Shown here piece after piece: positions 17,074-30,200 of a DNA stretch of 64,000 nt; positions within the stretch are counted from its first letter, which is position 1, and every line of letters begins with the position of its first letter. The stretch covers positions 229-64,228 of the forward strand of contig CADCMR010000012.1 of the NCBI GenBank assembly GCA_902802585.1, written 5' to 3'. The DNA is from an uncultured bacterium (GTDB lineage: Bacteria > Verrucomicrobiota > Lentisphaeria > Victivallales > UBA1829). Under the pieces are notes generated by a model. It made no database searches, was not told the origin of the DNA, and was given only the letters and a program-made list of their open reading frames with translations. The translations under genes were made by a program, and so were the position numbers.

Positions 17074-20000
17074 ATGATATACACTGTCTCCAGCGGAATC
17101 ACAAGTGACGGCGTTCTACTCCAAACCGGCTATGACAGTATGACGATCCAGGATGGCGGAACCGCGACGAACACAGTCATAACACACGGCAAAATGATCG
17201 TCTATGACGGCGGTGTCATATCCCACACGGACGCAAGCGGTCTCTGGAGCTATATTTATGTGACATACAACGGTCAGGCCAATGACACGGTCCTTGCCAG
17301 CTCCGCCTCGCTCTACGTCAACGTCGGCGCTTCCGCGAACCGGATCACCCTCAATACGAGAGGAATCGCCATTGTTTCCAGCGGAGCCTTCGCAAGCGAT
17401 GTGACGATTGGCGAGTCCGCCTTTCTTCACATTCGCGACTACGGCGTTGCCAGCGGCATCGTCGTCAACAGCAGAGGCAAACTATGCGTTTCCGGAGGCG
17501 GCAGCGCGTATGGCGTAGTGGCATCAAGCGGCTGCGAGCTCAATTTTGTCGTCGCGAAGGATACTTGCGTCGAGTGCGTGCATGACGGAAACGCGTTAGT
17601 GATAGAGAGCGGTTCCCTGACGGAGCAGACCATCCGGAATTCCTGCACTGTTGTCATTTCGAGCGGGGGCACGGTAATCTCCAACGTCGTATCGAGCGGG
17701 GGCACGGTGGAATTCTTCGACGGCGGGACCGGGCGCGACAACACATTGCTGAAAGACGGTACATTCAATGTTTCCAGCGGTGGGGCAGTCGATAACACGT
17801 TGATCAGCGGCGGTCTTCTCAATGTGCGGAGCGGCGGCGTGGCGAACTCCACGACCATCGAGGCCACCTCAAATTGGTCCAGCGGACTGAAGGTCTGGTC
17901 CGGAGGAAGCGCGACTCATACGACCGTCAATTCCGGCGGTTCTTTTCAGGTGTATACCGAGGGAACCATTTACGACATGACGATCAATTCCGGCGGACAG
18001 GGGCTTGTGTCATCCGGCGGCATCGTCAGCAGCATGACGATCAATTCCGGAGGTTGTTTTAACGTTCAAGGGGGGCAGGTCGAGAATGTGCTGGTCGGTT
18101 CCGGCGGAAAACTCGGTTTTGGCATTGTCCTCCCTTACAACAGCAGTACCGGAAGCGGCGTTCTCAAGGGCATTGAGGCTGCATCTGGAGCCATCCTCAA
18201 TCTCGGTGTGGCTGAAAGCGGTTATATCGAGGGGACCTATGCCGGCAGCGGATTTGAAATAAAAGACGGTTTTGTCTCCGGCTACAGCATCGACTCCGCC
18301 TGCACACTCGCCATTTCCAGCGGATGCTCTGCCGAGAATACAACGGTCGAGTCGGCAGGTTCCATGATTGTCTCCAGCGGCGGCACGGCAAAAAGCACTG
18401 TGGTCAGCAACGGGTCCATGTTCGTTTCCAACGGGGGCGTCGCCAGCGCCGTGTTTTTCAACGGCGGCCGTTTCGAGGTCTATTCCAGCAGCTTTGTCGA
18501 GGATGTCATCTTCAGCGGCGGCAACTTCAACATATACGACTATGCGATTGCAAACAGGGTTTCCGTGCTGGGCGGGGGCCTCTCGATCCGGGGTTCGGCG
18601 ACCGACGTTGTACTTGACGGCGGCATCTGCACCATTCCATGGAACTCACCCGGGACAATCCTCGGGATCGTGGTCAATCCGAAGGCCACCCTGTCTGTTT
18701 CCCGCGGAGGCCATGTGGAAGGCATTACGGAAAACGGCGGTTATGTCCAGATTGCGGACTCGACAACCGTAACTTTTTTGCATCATGTCATTCCGGAGCT
18801 GATTTTAAGTTCCGGGGAATCGGCGACTCTGCATTCCGGGACCACTGCCACCAGCGCGGTCCTTTCCGGCGGCAAAATGTATGTCTACAGCGGCGGCATG
18901 CCGGAGCGCACGACAATCAGCAGCGGCATGGTTTATTTCCTGGGAGCGGATGCCGGAAATGTTGAAATTTTCAGCGGCGGTTATCTCGAACTCGTATCCG
19001 GCGGAGTTGCGAACGACACTGTGGTCAACGGCGGCAGCATGTCCGTCCAGGAAGACTGTTCCGTGATCGGATGCGCCATCTATTCAAACGGCACCGTCAC
19101 AATCAACAATAGAGGGCAGGTCCGGGATGCGGTCCTGCAGGGGGGTGTTGCCTCCCTGTCGGGGGGCGTTCTGATCAATGCCGAGGCAGATGAAGGAGCC
19201 CGTGTTATCGTCAACAGCGGCGGCATGGTCGACGGCCTCACGGTCAAAGCCGGCACAACCTTGAACGTATACAATGGCGTGGCCGTCAACATTCTGGAGG
19301 AAGGCGGCTGGATCGACGTTTACGAAAACGGCGCTCTGACGATCGTGCCGCATGCCGCCCAGTACGGCACGTTGTCCTCCGGGCGGAGTGCGTCCGTCCA
19401 TTCCGGAACGACCGCGCTGGATGCGACTGTCGACGGCGGTTGGCTCCATGTTTCCAGCGGCGGCATCGCGTCCGGAGCAAGGATCGAAAACGGATTTCTG
19501 CTTGTTTCCAGCGGCGGCATGGCATTCGGCAATGTACTGAAAAACGGGAATCTGATTGTCAGCAACGGGGGGACCGCCAGTGATACGACGCTCCTCGGTG
19601 GCGCTTTTGACGTCAGAAGCGACGGCATTGTGGACAATGTCATCATCAGCGCCGGTCACATCGCCGTCGATTCTGGCGGCACGGCAAACAACCTCACCAT
19701 GTTGACCGGGTATGTTTTCGGTCAGAACGGAGGACATTTCAGCAACGTTGTCCTGTCCAGCGGATCCATGGTTGCGGGGCTCGACACCTGTATGTCCGAC
19801 GTTTTCGTGTCGAACGGCGCCATGCTTTATTTGACCAGCGGCGTGACGGTGGAAAATATGACCGTTTTCAGCGGCGCTTCCGTCTCTATCGGGAGTGGCG
19901 CATCCGTGAACAACCTCACACTCTCAAGCGGGGGGACACTGTTTCTGCAGGGCAATCCCGCCATCACCAACCTGGACTGGACGCCTTTCGCAGGAAGAAT

Positions 20001-23000
20001 CAAGACGGAGAACTATTCCGGCATCAGCTATGTGCGGGAGTATTCCGGCGTCTACTACGGTTCTTCCGAGTGCCTCGTCTCGCACGCCGGACAGTTGGAT
20101 TCCGTCCTGGTAGACAACCAGGATTCGATGTATGTCATGTCCGGCGGAAAAGCAACCGATACGACAGTCCTCAGAGACGGAAGAGTCTTTGTTTCCAACG
20201 GCGGCGAGCTGGACGGGATTCAGCTCTCGGATATGGGATGCGTATCTGTTTTCTCCGGCGGCATCGTGAACAACGCCGTTCTTTCCAGCGGCTGGAGCGC
20301 ACGGGTACAAGTGTTCTCCGGCGGCATCGTAAACAATGCTTCCGCATTCGACGGGGGAACCGTGGTGGTTTCCGACGGCGGCACGGCGAATCAAACGACC
20401 GTCGCTCGAAACGGCGGCATCTTGGTTTCCGGCGGCATCGCGAACGATATCACAGTCCTGTTCCGCGGCACGTTCCGGGTGGACAGCGGTTCCGCCAGCG
20501 GCATCGTAGTTTCCAGCGGCGGCACAGGCGTCGTTGGAAGCAGCGGTCTGATTTCCGCGGTTTCCGGCGGCGGGACGATTGTCGTCTACGACGGCGGCAC
20601 CGTCAGCGGTATCGTGGTCTCCAGCGGGGCCTCCCTGTGTGTCTCCAACGGAGGAACCGTGCTGGACCTGGACTGGACGCCATTGGAGACCACGCTTGAG
20701 ATCGCAAACAGCGCCAATGTCGTTTTCGCCAGTTCCTGCTGCTTCGTCTACCATTGCTCGTCCGGTTCGATCTTGTCCCGGGCGTCGACGCTGGAATCGA
20801 CCGTCGTAGCCTCGTCGGAAATCATGTACGTGCTTCCGGGCACGAATGTGGACAACATTACGGTCGAAAGCGGCGGGCGGCTTGTCGTATTTTCCGGCGG
20901 ATCGGCAACGAATATCCTGAGCGAGCCGGGCGAGGGAACGATCTTCACCTACAGGAATGCGCATGTGACGTTCGCCGGTCATGCGAGCGGAGTCTACCTC
21001 GGTTCGTCCGGCGTGTGCCTTTCCAGCGCGGCGGTCGTCAGCGACAGGGTCGTCGCCTCGGACGAGACGATGTACGTCATGTCCGGCGGCACGGCAAACA
21101 ACATCACCGCCAGCGGTGCGTCCGTTTGCGTTTACGGCGGGGTGGCGGACAGCATAAACGCCGTAAGGGCAGGCGACAACGCACGGACCTCCGGTGTGGT
21201 CATCGTTTCCAGCGGCACGGTGAACAATGTGTTCCTTTCGTACGGCGGTATATTGGACGTCTTTGACGGCGGCACGGCGAACTGTGCCTCGGCGTTCTAC
21301 GGCGATGTCACAGTCTACAGCGGCGGCACTGCGAACGACACGAACGTCAGCTCGTATCGGAGCATCACCATCAAAAGCGGCGGTACGGCAAACAATACAT
21401 TCATCGGATACGGCGCGACGATGCTCATTTCCGGCGGCTCGGCTGTCGAAACCTTCCTCAGCGGAAACATGCTCGTTTCCGGCGGCGCTTCCGTGGAGAA
21501 CACATCCGTCTATTACGGGAGAATCAATGTCTACAGCGGCGGTACGGTAAATGACACGTTGCTTGTTTACGGCGGGCTGACAGTCCACGATGGTGCGCTG
21601 GTAAGCGGGGTGGTGTTCTCCAACGACGGCGCGATCTATGTTTCGAGCGGCGGCTCGGCGACCGGCATCAATGCGTCCGGCGGAAGAGTGTATGTCTACA
21701 GCGGCGCGTCGATCGGGACAATCTTTGAAAACGGAGGATATGTGGAGCTTGAGGACGGTGCGGAAGTAACGTTCGGGTCATCTCTCCTGAGCGGCGAGAC
21801 ATTCAATTCCCTCACCACGATCCATTCCGGCACGACGGCGCAGGACGTGCAGGTCACCAACAGCACCTTGGTATACTCCGGAGGACGGATCGAAAGCGCC
21901 GTCATTCACCATGGTCATCTTTTTGTTTACAGCGGCGGCATCGTCGTGAATCCTTCCCTCGACTATGGAGCCAACGTTTATATTTCCAGCGGAGCTACCT
22001 GTACGGACATCTCCATCCACACCGGCACCCTCAATGTCTGTCCCGGTGCGATCGTAAGCCGCATCACCCTTTCCGGAGGAAGGTTCACTGTGTCCAGCGG
22101 CGGAATTGTCAACGATGTCACGGTCAGCAGCTATGTGAGCATGACGGTTGCCGATGGTGGAGAGGCAAACAATGTCCTGGTCGACGGGTATGGCGGCAAT
22201 GTCACTGTCAAAAACGGCATGCTCCTGAACGCCACCGTTTCCCGGGGCGGGATCACGGTTCTGGCCGGGGGCGAGTGTTCCAATGCCGTTGCCGTGGACG
22301 GTGGACGCATCAACGTCTCCCGCGGCGGCATCCTGACGGAAACCGACATCCGGAGCAACGCCGGATTGACCGTCTGGAGCGACGGTCAGGCAAACTCCAT
22401 AACGGTCCGGGATGGCGGAACCCTGGAAGTTTCCGCCGGAGGCGTGGCGAAAGAAGTCAAGATGGAAAACCGCTGCAAAATCGATGTCAAAAGGGGCGGT
22501 TCCATCGATTCCGTATTCGTCTCGTCCGGCTGCAGCATCGTCGTTTCCAGCGGCGCATCCGTCATGAACATCATTGAAGGCGGCGGCTGGGTGGAGGTCC
22601 AGAGCGGAGGTGTGGCGACATTTGCGTCACATGCCATCGATGACTTGATTTTGAACAGCGGAGCCCGTACCGCAATACACTCGGGAACGACACTGAACCG
22701 CGTCACGATCGGCAGCGGGGCATCCCTTTTCATCTGCGACGGCGGTCTGGTCCGGGACATCGTCCTTTGCGAAAGCGGCTCCCTGCTGTTGGAAAGCGGC
22801 GGCAGCGCGGACGGAATCACCGTATCCGAATATTGTTCTTTCACGATTCCAAGCGGGGCTGTGGTTACGGGAATCCAGGAGGACGGCGGCTGGGTGGAAG
22901 TCCAGGACGGGGCATCGGCATCGTTCATCTCCGCGAATCTGGAGGGGATGGTCCTGTCCAGCGGTCAGAGCGCGACCGTCCATGCCGGGACGACCATGAC

Positions 23001-24200
23001 AAGCGGAACGGTCGCGGGCGGAGGCTGTCTCAAAGTGATCGCCGGCGGCGAAATCCATGAAACCGAAGTTCTGAAAGACGGGAAACTGTCTCTGGACGAT
23101 GCCGGCATCGTCAGCAATTCCTTCCTGAATGGCGGCAAACTGGAAGTTTCCGCCGGCGGCATCGCGGACGGCATCGCCGTGAACAGCGGCGAGTTCGTTG
23201 TTTCGACCGGTGGCTCCGTGAACGACATTTTAGTAACAAGCGGAGGCTCCCTGACAGTCCTGAGCGGCGGTACTGTGACTGTCCTGAAAGAAAACGGCGG
23301 CTATGTCGACATCCAGGACGGCGCGGAAGTCGTTTTCCTGCCCAACACCATCAGCGGCAGGGAAGTCTCCAGCGCGAATGCCACGGTCCATTCCGGAAAC
23401 ACCGCGGTCGATCTTGTCATCGGATCCCGGGGACAACTGTTCGTTTGTGACGGCGGGAGCGCCGTCGTGACTTCGATCACCTACGGTACGCTCAATATTC
23501 TTGAGGGGGGCAAAGCATTCACCCCCGTTTTCAGTTATTATGGATCAATGAATGTCAACGGCGGCGAAATCTACGACGCCATTCTTTCCGGCGGCAGGAC
23601 AACCATCCTGAACGGAGGCGTCGCATACGCACCTCAGGTCTTCATGTACGGCAAACTTGATGTTTCCAGCGGCGGTATTGTCAGCAGTCTTCATGGTCAG
23701 GGCGGCAGTATCAACGTATACGACGGCGGTCTGGTAACCAACGCCAGGCTGACGTCATCGGCCGCAGGGATAACCGTTTTCTGTGGCGGCGTTGTAAACG
23801 ATACGGCAATCAGCTTCTATGGACGTATCAATGTAAGCAGCGGCGGTATTGTCAACAGAGTAAGAGGGGGCAATCTGAAGGTTTTTGAAGGAGGATTTTT
23901 GGAATCCGCGGAGTCCGTTGTAAGCCTCACCGTGAACGTAGGCGGCCTGGTCAGCAATGTGTCATTGAACGGAAGCGGCAACATATACGGCACCGCATGC
24001 GTTCTTCAGGCAGGTTCCTATGCGTCACTGGTTCTTTCCGGAAGCGAGGCTTTCGCCGACAGCGTGACGCTCAACAAGGGTGGATTCATGTATGTCTACG
24101 ACAATGCGTCCATCCAGGATCTGACCATCCAATATGGAGGAACACTTAGTGCCTACGATGCGACAGGCCTGACAAATACGACGATCAAATCCGGTGCGAG
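17074..24200 (+). repeat. Short-period (about 19-21 aa) degenerate beta-helix repeats of AIDA-I/TibA/Ag43 type
   Basis: The pattern [VI]xSGGxAxxTx[VI]xxGGxxx[VI] recurs, for example VSSGGTAKSTVVSNGSMFVSNGGVASAV. These repeats recur in blocks up to about 32100. Confidence 0.8.
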
Positions 24201-27200
24201 TATAAACGGTTTCAAGACCGAAGAAGACTTTTTCAACGAGTCCGGGCTGTACCTTTCTTCCCTCGTCATTACTTCGGGACAGTATGCCAACCTCTACAAC
24301 GGATTCTCTGTGAAGGATGTCACGATCAAGCCGGGTGGATGCCTGACGATTGAATCAGGAGGAAACGTGGAGAATCTGATCGTATCGTCCGGCGCCGTGC
24401 TGTACTATAAGGACTATGCATCCGCCTCCAATATCCTGTTTGAACAGAATGCGTTGGTCAACAATACAAGGCTGATTGCATCCATGTATGTCGACGACCT
24501 CGAAAGCATGGTCGTTTCAAGCGGATACAACGGGAATCTTTCCTCGGGACAGACTGCAACCGATTTGTTTATCCGTGACTATCTGTACGTTCAATCCGGA
24601 GCAAGTGCAAACCGGATTCATGTGTCCTCCGGGGCAATACTCTCTTTTTCCAGCGGCGCACAATTGACCGATGTTACAATATCCTCCGGCGCCAGCCTGA
24701 ACGGCATACCGCTGAACAGGAACATGTATTTTGAATCCATGGACCAGTATGTCCTGAGCAATATTGTCGTGGGCAGCGGCCGGTATGGAAACCTGTATTC
24801 CGGTCAATCCGCCGTTGGGGCGGTTGTCGAACGAACGCTTAATGTCGCAAGAGGAGGAATGGTCGTGGATACGGTTGTATCGGGCTACGGATACCTCGGC
24901 GTTGGCGGTTCGGCACGGAACGTCATCCTGGCGGGCGGTTCCGCGGCAGCACTGTATTCCGGTGTTCTGGAGAATGTTGAAATCCGGTCCGGCGCAATCC
25001 TGTATGTTTCAAGCGGCGGTTCGGCAACGGTTGTGTTCAATCCGTGGCAGGGACTTACGGACCTGTCCGAAGGGGCATTCATCAAATTCCTGAAACGGGA
25101 TGCTAATGTATACTATGGCGCGGGACAGAGCGGTATCGTCTCGAAATCGGACTCCATGGGGCAATTGAACATTCTGTCCGGGAATACCGCAATCGTCTAT
25201 TCGGGCGGAATTCTCAGCGGCTACATTAATTCCACCGGAACCCTCCAGCTCCTGAACGGCGGCACGGTCTCCCTGCTTTATTCCCCATGGGAAACGGATG
25301 TGTCGATCACCGTGGAGGACGGCGCGACGCTGGAGCGGATCGGGCGCGACGCGAAGGTTTTCTATGGCGGAAATGCAACGGGCGTCCTTTACAAAACGGA
25401 CAAGCTTCAGGATTTCACGGTTTCGGCCGGGAACAGCGCGATCGTTTACTCCGGCGGTTCCGCAGACGGCATTCACGTCCGTGCGGATGCGAACATGATC
25501 GTTGAAGAAGACGGCGTCGCGGAGAATCTGTACATCAATGAAAACGGCGCACTTTTCGTGTCGAGCGGAGCCGTCGCTACGGTCAACTACAATCCGTGGG
25601 GCGGCGTCGTGATCACGGAGGACGGCGCCGAAGTGACCCTCTATGAACGGGACGCTCTTGTCTACTGCGGCGGAGCCGAAACCGGTTTCCTCCAGAAGGC
25701 GGACTCCCTGTACCATTATTCCATTTCGTCCGGAAACAGTGTAATTGTTTACGAGGGCGGCGTCGCCGACTATACCATCGTAAACGACTCCGGTACGATT
25801 GAGATTCTCAGCGGCGGCAGCGCGGAAATCGTGTTCAACCCGTGGCACGGGGAAATGATCGTCGCGGAAGGCGGGACCATCACCCATCTGGACCGGGAAT
25901 ACGACGTCTATTACGGCGGTCTTGAGTCCGGCCTGCTCAGCCGCGGCAATGAAATGGAAAACATGGAAATCGCCAGCGGAAACAGCGCCATCGTGTACAG
26001 CGGCGGCGTGCTGCGCGACGTAACGATGGGGTCTTCCGGTTTTATCCTCGTTTCAAACGGAGGCCTGTTATCAGGTGCTTATCTGTCCGGGGGCACCGCC
26101 GGCAGCTCGGGGTATTCTCCCTCTTCCAGCGGCGGGGAAATGGTCCTGGTGAAGGAAGAGGGCATCATTTCTTCCGTGCAGGTGCTTGACGGCGTCAAAG
26201 TATGCGTTTCCGGCATGGTCTATGATGTTGTCCTGAGCGACGGGAAAACAAGTTCTCCCAGTCTGCTCCAGTTGCAGGGATCCGGGTATGCGGACCATGT
26301 CGTTGTCAATGAAAGAGGTCTTCTGGATTTGACGGCTGCCTCCCTGGCAAAGGACATAACGGTAAACTGGGACGGTTCTGTCTCGGTAAGCGGAGGGGTT
26401 GCGAGCAGCATCACTGTCAACGAAAACGGATCTCTGACGATTTCCTACGGAACCGCCGTCGATCTTAATGTTTCTTCCGGAGGCAAACTGTATCTGTCCG
26501 CCAACGCGGTCATTCAAAGTTCTTTGTTGAAGCAGGGGGCGCAATTCAACAGTTTCACTTTCATGCAGGACAATCAGATTGACAATACCATGATTTTCTC
26601 GTCCCTGCTGGTCGATTATAAAGTCAGTGCGGTCTTGTATGAAAACCAGATGGCATGGGACATCGCCGTGAGCTCCGGGGGCAAAGTGCTTTTCCGCAAC
26701 GACGCGAAAGCGTCCGGCGTCCATGTGTCCAGCGGCGCATACCTGGAATTTTGGAGCAGGGCTTCCGTCACGAACCTGGTTCTTGATTCCGGCGCATTAT
26801 TCCAGAACATCACTTTGGCGAACGAGGAAACCTATCAGTCGTTGGACCAGGTGGTCATTCATGGCGGGACAATGACGGCGCCGGATCTTGACTGGCGCAG
26901 TCCGGATATCTACGCCAGCCTGTATGCCGGGCAGACCGCGAATGACATTCTTGTCACTCCCAAGACTTTCCTGGTGTTGAGCAGCGGTGCAAAGGCATAT
27001 CGCACCGTTGTTTCCGGTGGATTCCGCGTTTCCTCCGGCGGAAACGCCTTTGACGCGTTCGTGGCGCAAGGCGGGTCGATGGACGTCAGCCAGGGCGCCA
27101 GTCTCAGCGGAGCCCAGGTCCGCGGCAACTTGCACATATTCAACGGAGCCCGCGAGGTTTCCGATGTTCATATCCTCTCCGGCGGCGCATTGGTCGACCC

Positions 27201-30200
27201 GACCCTGAGATGGGGCGACACGGTCACGTTTGAAAGCGGGGCGTATCTGATCGGAACTGTTTCCAATGCGGCGAATCTGGATCTGGCTGGCGGCGTCAAT
27301 GTGCAGTATGCCGACATCACGATGAATTTCTCGCAGCGCGAAACGGGATTCGACGCCATGTTCAGCGACATTTCCTGCCTGAACGACAAGGATATGAGTC
27401 TCCTTGTCGATTCGCTCCAGGCGTACGGCGAATACAGGATTGGCGGAAACGCCTCGAATTACAACGGAACCATCACGGTCAAGCTTTCTTCCGGCGAAAC
27501 CTGCGGCCAGCTTTCCCTTCTGAATCCCTCTTTGTCTTACGACATCAACGAATACGTTCTTTCCCTGAATGCCGCGGACGAGCTTTGCCTGACCATTACG
27601 TCCTGCATTCCGGACAATTCCGAAATCCTGGTCTACAAGTCGGGACAGCTTGTGGAGTCCGTGCACTCCGCCTACGAGTATACCCTTCCCGACGAAGGGC
27701 ACGACCACATGTTCGTCGTCTCGAACGCCGTTGTCGAGCGGACGGAGGTCAAAAGCGGCGGCATGCTGACCGTCCTGAAAGGCGGTTCCGCGGAGGAAAC
27801 GATCGTTTCGGGCGGGACCATGCGTGTCCTGAATGGCGGGAGCGCCAGCATGGTGGACATGTATGGCGGCACGGCGCGGCTGATCGTCATCGGCGGAAAG
27901 GTGGAAAACCTCAGTGGCGGAAACATTCTTGTTACGGACAGCGGGATAATAGAAGACTCCGTGGTCGGCGGCGTGACGGTGCAGAACGGGGGCAAAGTGA
28001 TATCCGCTGTGGTGCACGGAGGCAATGTCTCATCAGGCGGTCTTCTGGAGTCCGTCGGTCTCAATGACCGGGTATCGGTCTTCGATCAGGGTGTCGTGAA
28101 GGACGGAAGCGCCTGGGGCTTGCTGTATGTCATGCAGGGCGGCGTCGTTTCCGGAATGGAAGTCACACAGTCCAACTGGTGGGGCGGTGGGTTCGGAAGC
28201 GTCTTTTTGTCCGGAGGACGGGCGGTTGACACCGTGATTTCAAAAGGCGCCATGATCGTATCAAACGGCGGCATCGCAATCAATACGGATTTGGAAGCCC
28301 GGCAGTATAAATGGCACACCAGCTATTCCGACGGAATGTGGGTCAGCAGCTGGGGTCCGGAAGGGTACATGACGGTTGACTCTGGCGGGCTTGCCTCCAA
28401 TACCAGAATTGCCGGGGGGCTCATAGCCGTCCTGGATGGCGGTCTGACGGAAAAGACGGAAATATCGTTGAACGGCATACAGGTCGTATCGAACGGCGGA
28501 ATAGCGGCGGGGACGGTTTTGACGGCGGGTGGAAATCTGTTCGTCTCCGGCGGGGGCCTGGCAACGGATGTCCGGGAGCAGCAACATGGAGCCGTTGTCG
28601 TATCCCGGTTCGGGCAGGTCAGCGACGCCACGGTGGACAAATACTCCCTGATGCTCGTGTCGAGCGAAGGCATGGTCGAGGATGTGGACGTCAAATCCGG
28701 CGGCAAGCTTTATCTGAGGAACGGCGCAACGCTGACCGGCCGACTCCGGACCGAAAAAGGATCCGTCGTGTTGGCCTACGACGGGGCGACAATCAATTTC
28801 GAACTGTCGAAAGCCTCGCCGGATTCCCCGCTGATTAACGATTTGGGCGCTGTCTCCGGCAATCCGGACTATTCCGTCACCGTGTCCGCCGACCTGGAGA
28901 CAGGGGTTTATCTGCTGGCGGGCGGCGTGGAGCATTTTGACGGGACGATCACCGTACAGGACGATCTTCGGAGATACGGTTCCGTATCGCTGGGGCAGTC
29001 CGTGAAATACGGATGGAACACCTATTCCCTGGTCCTGGACCATGGGATCCTGTCGCTGACGGTTGCCGGCAATGAAGAACTGGCTCCGGCCGACGGCGAT
29101 CCGCTTTTCCAGACGACCGTCTATGACGCGAAGGCATATGCCGGGGAGACCATTGTGGTCTCCAACATGTATTCCTATTACGAAACGAAAATCTACGACC
29201 GCGGCCTGCTCCAGGTGGAGAGCGGCGGCCTTGCGGAAGGCGCCCTCCTGAACAAAGGCGGCGGTCTGACCGTGCTCGGCGGCGGGTCCGCCCTGAACAC
29301 GCAAATAACCGGTTCCGCCAGAATGGATGTGATGGATGGCGGCGTTGCGACCGACATCGACATGAAGACCGGCGTCGTATATGTGAGCGGCGGCGAAGTG
29401 CATGGGGTGTCCGGCGGAAGTCTTCATGTAACCCGGAACGGTCTGGCAACCGACGTGACCCGTGCACGGGTCACACTGGCCACGGGCGGCAGACTGGTTT
29501 CCGGCACGGTTACACGGGCCGTCGTATCTTCCGGCGCCCGGCTCGAGTCGGTCAGCATTACAGAGGGCGGCGCCGTGCATGGCGGCGGTCTGACTCTGGA
29601 TATGACCATTTCCTCTGGGACGGTCAGCGTCCTGAGCGGAGGATGTGCCTCGCGGACCCTGATCCGCAATATCAGGCAGGAAGCATACATGGTCGTGTCC
29701 GGCGGCATAGCGGACGGCATTGACGTCGAGGGCGGCACGGTGTTCGTTTCGAGCGGGGGCTCCGCGCTGAACGCGGAATTGAAGAGAGTATTTTACAAGG
29801 AAAACAGAATCATATACGTGCTCAGCGGGAACATGTATGTCGCCGGACTTGCGTCGGACAACCTGATAACGGGCGGCATCCAGCATGTCCTGAAGGGCGG
29901 TTCCGCCGAAGGGACGACCGTCTGCTCCGACGGACGCCAGGTCGTTTCGAACGGAGGGAAAGCCGTTTCGATGACGCTGACCCGCGGCGGCCGGCTGAGC
30001 GTCAGCCGCGGAGGCATCGCGGAGGATGTCCGGGCGGACCTCCATGCGGCCGTTGTCGCCGAACGTTACGGCAAGGTGGACACGCTTGAGCTGAACGAGT
30101 ACAATATGACCGTGGTTTCCGCGTCCGCCGCCGTCACGGATGCGCGGATCAAGTCCGGAGCCGAACTGTATCTGCACCGGGACGCCGTGCTTGGCGGACA

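Noticed and set aside
16333-17077. ORFs 16333..16869(-) and 16481..17077(+), considered as real genes upstream of the giant gene.
   Set aside because: No family motifs are present. The plus ORF starts inside a promoter -35 box and is Ser/Arg/Pro-rich. The minus ORF has coding-like codon bias only in part. They are kept as an open question in the findings and not annotated as CDS.
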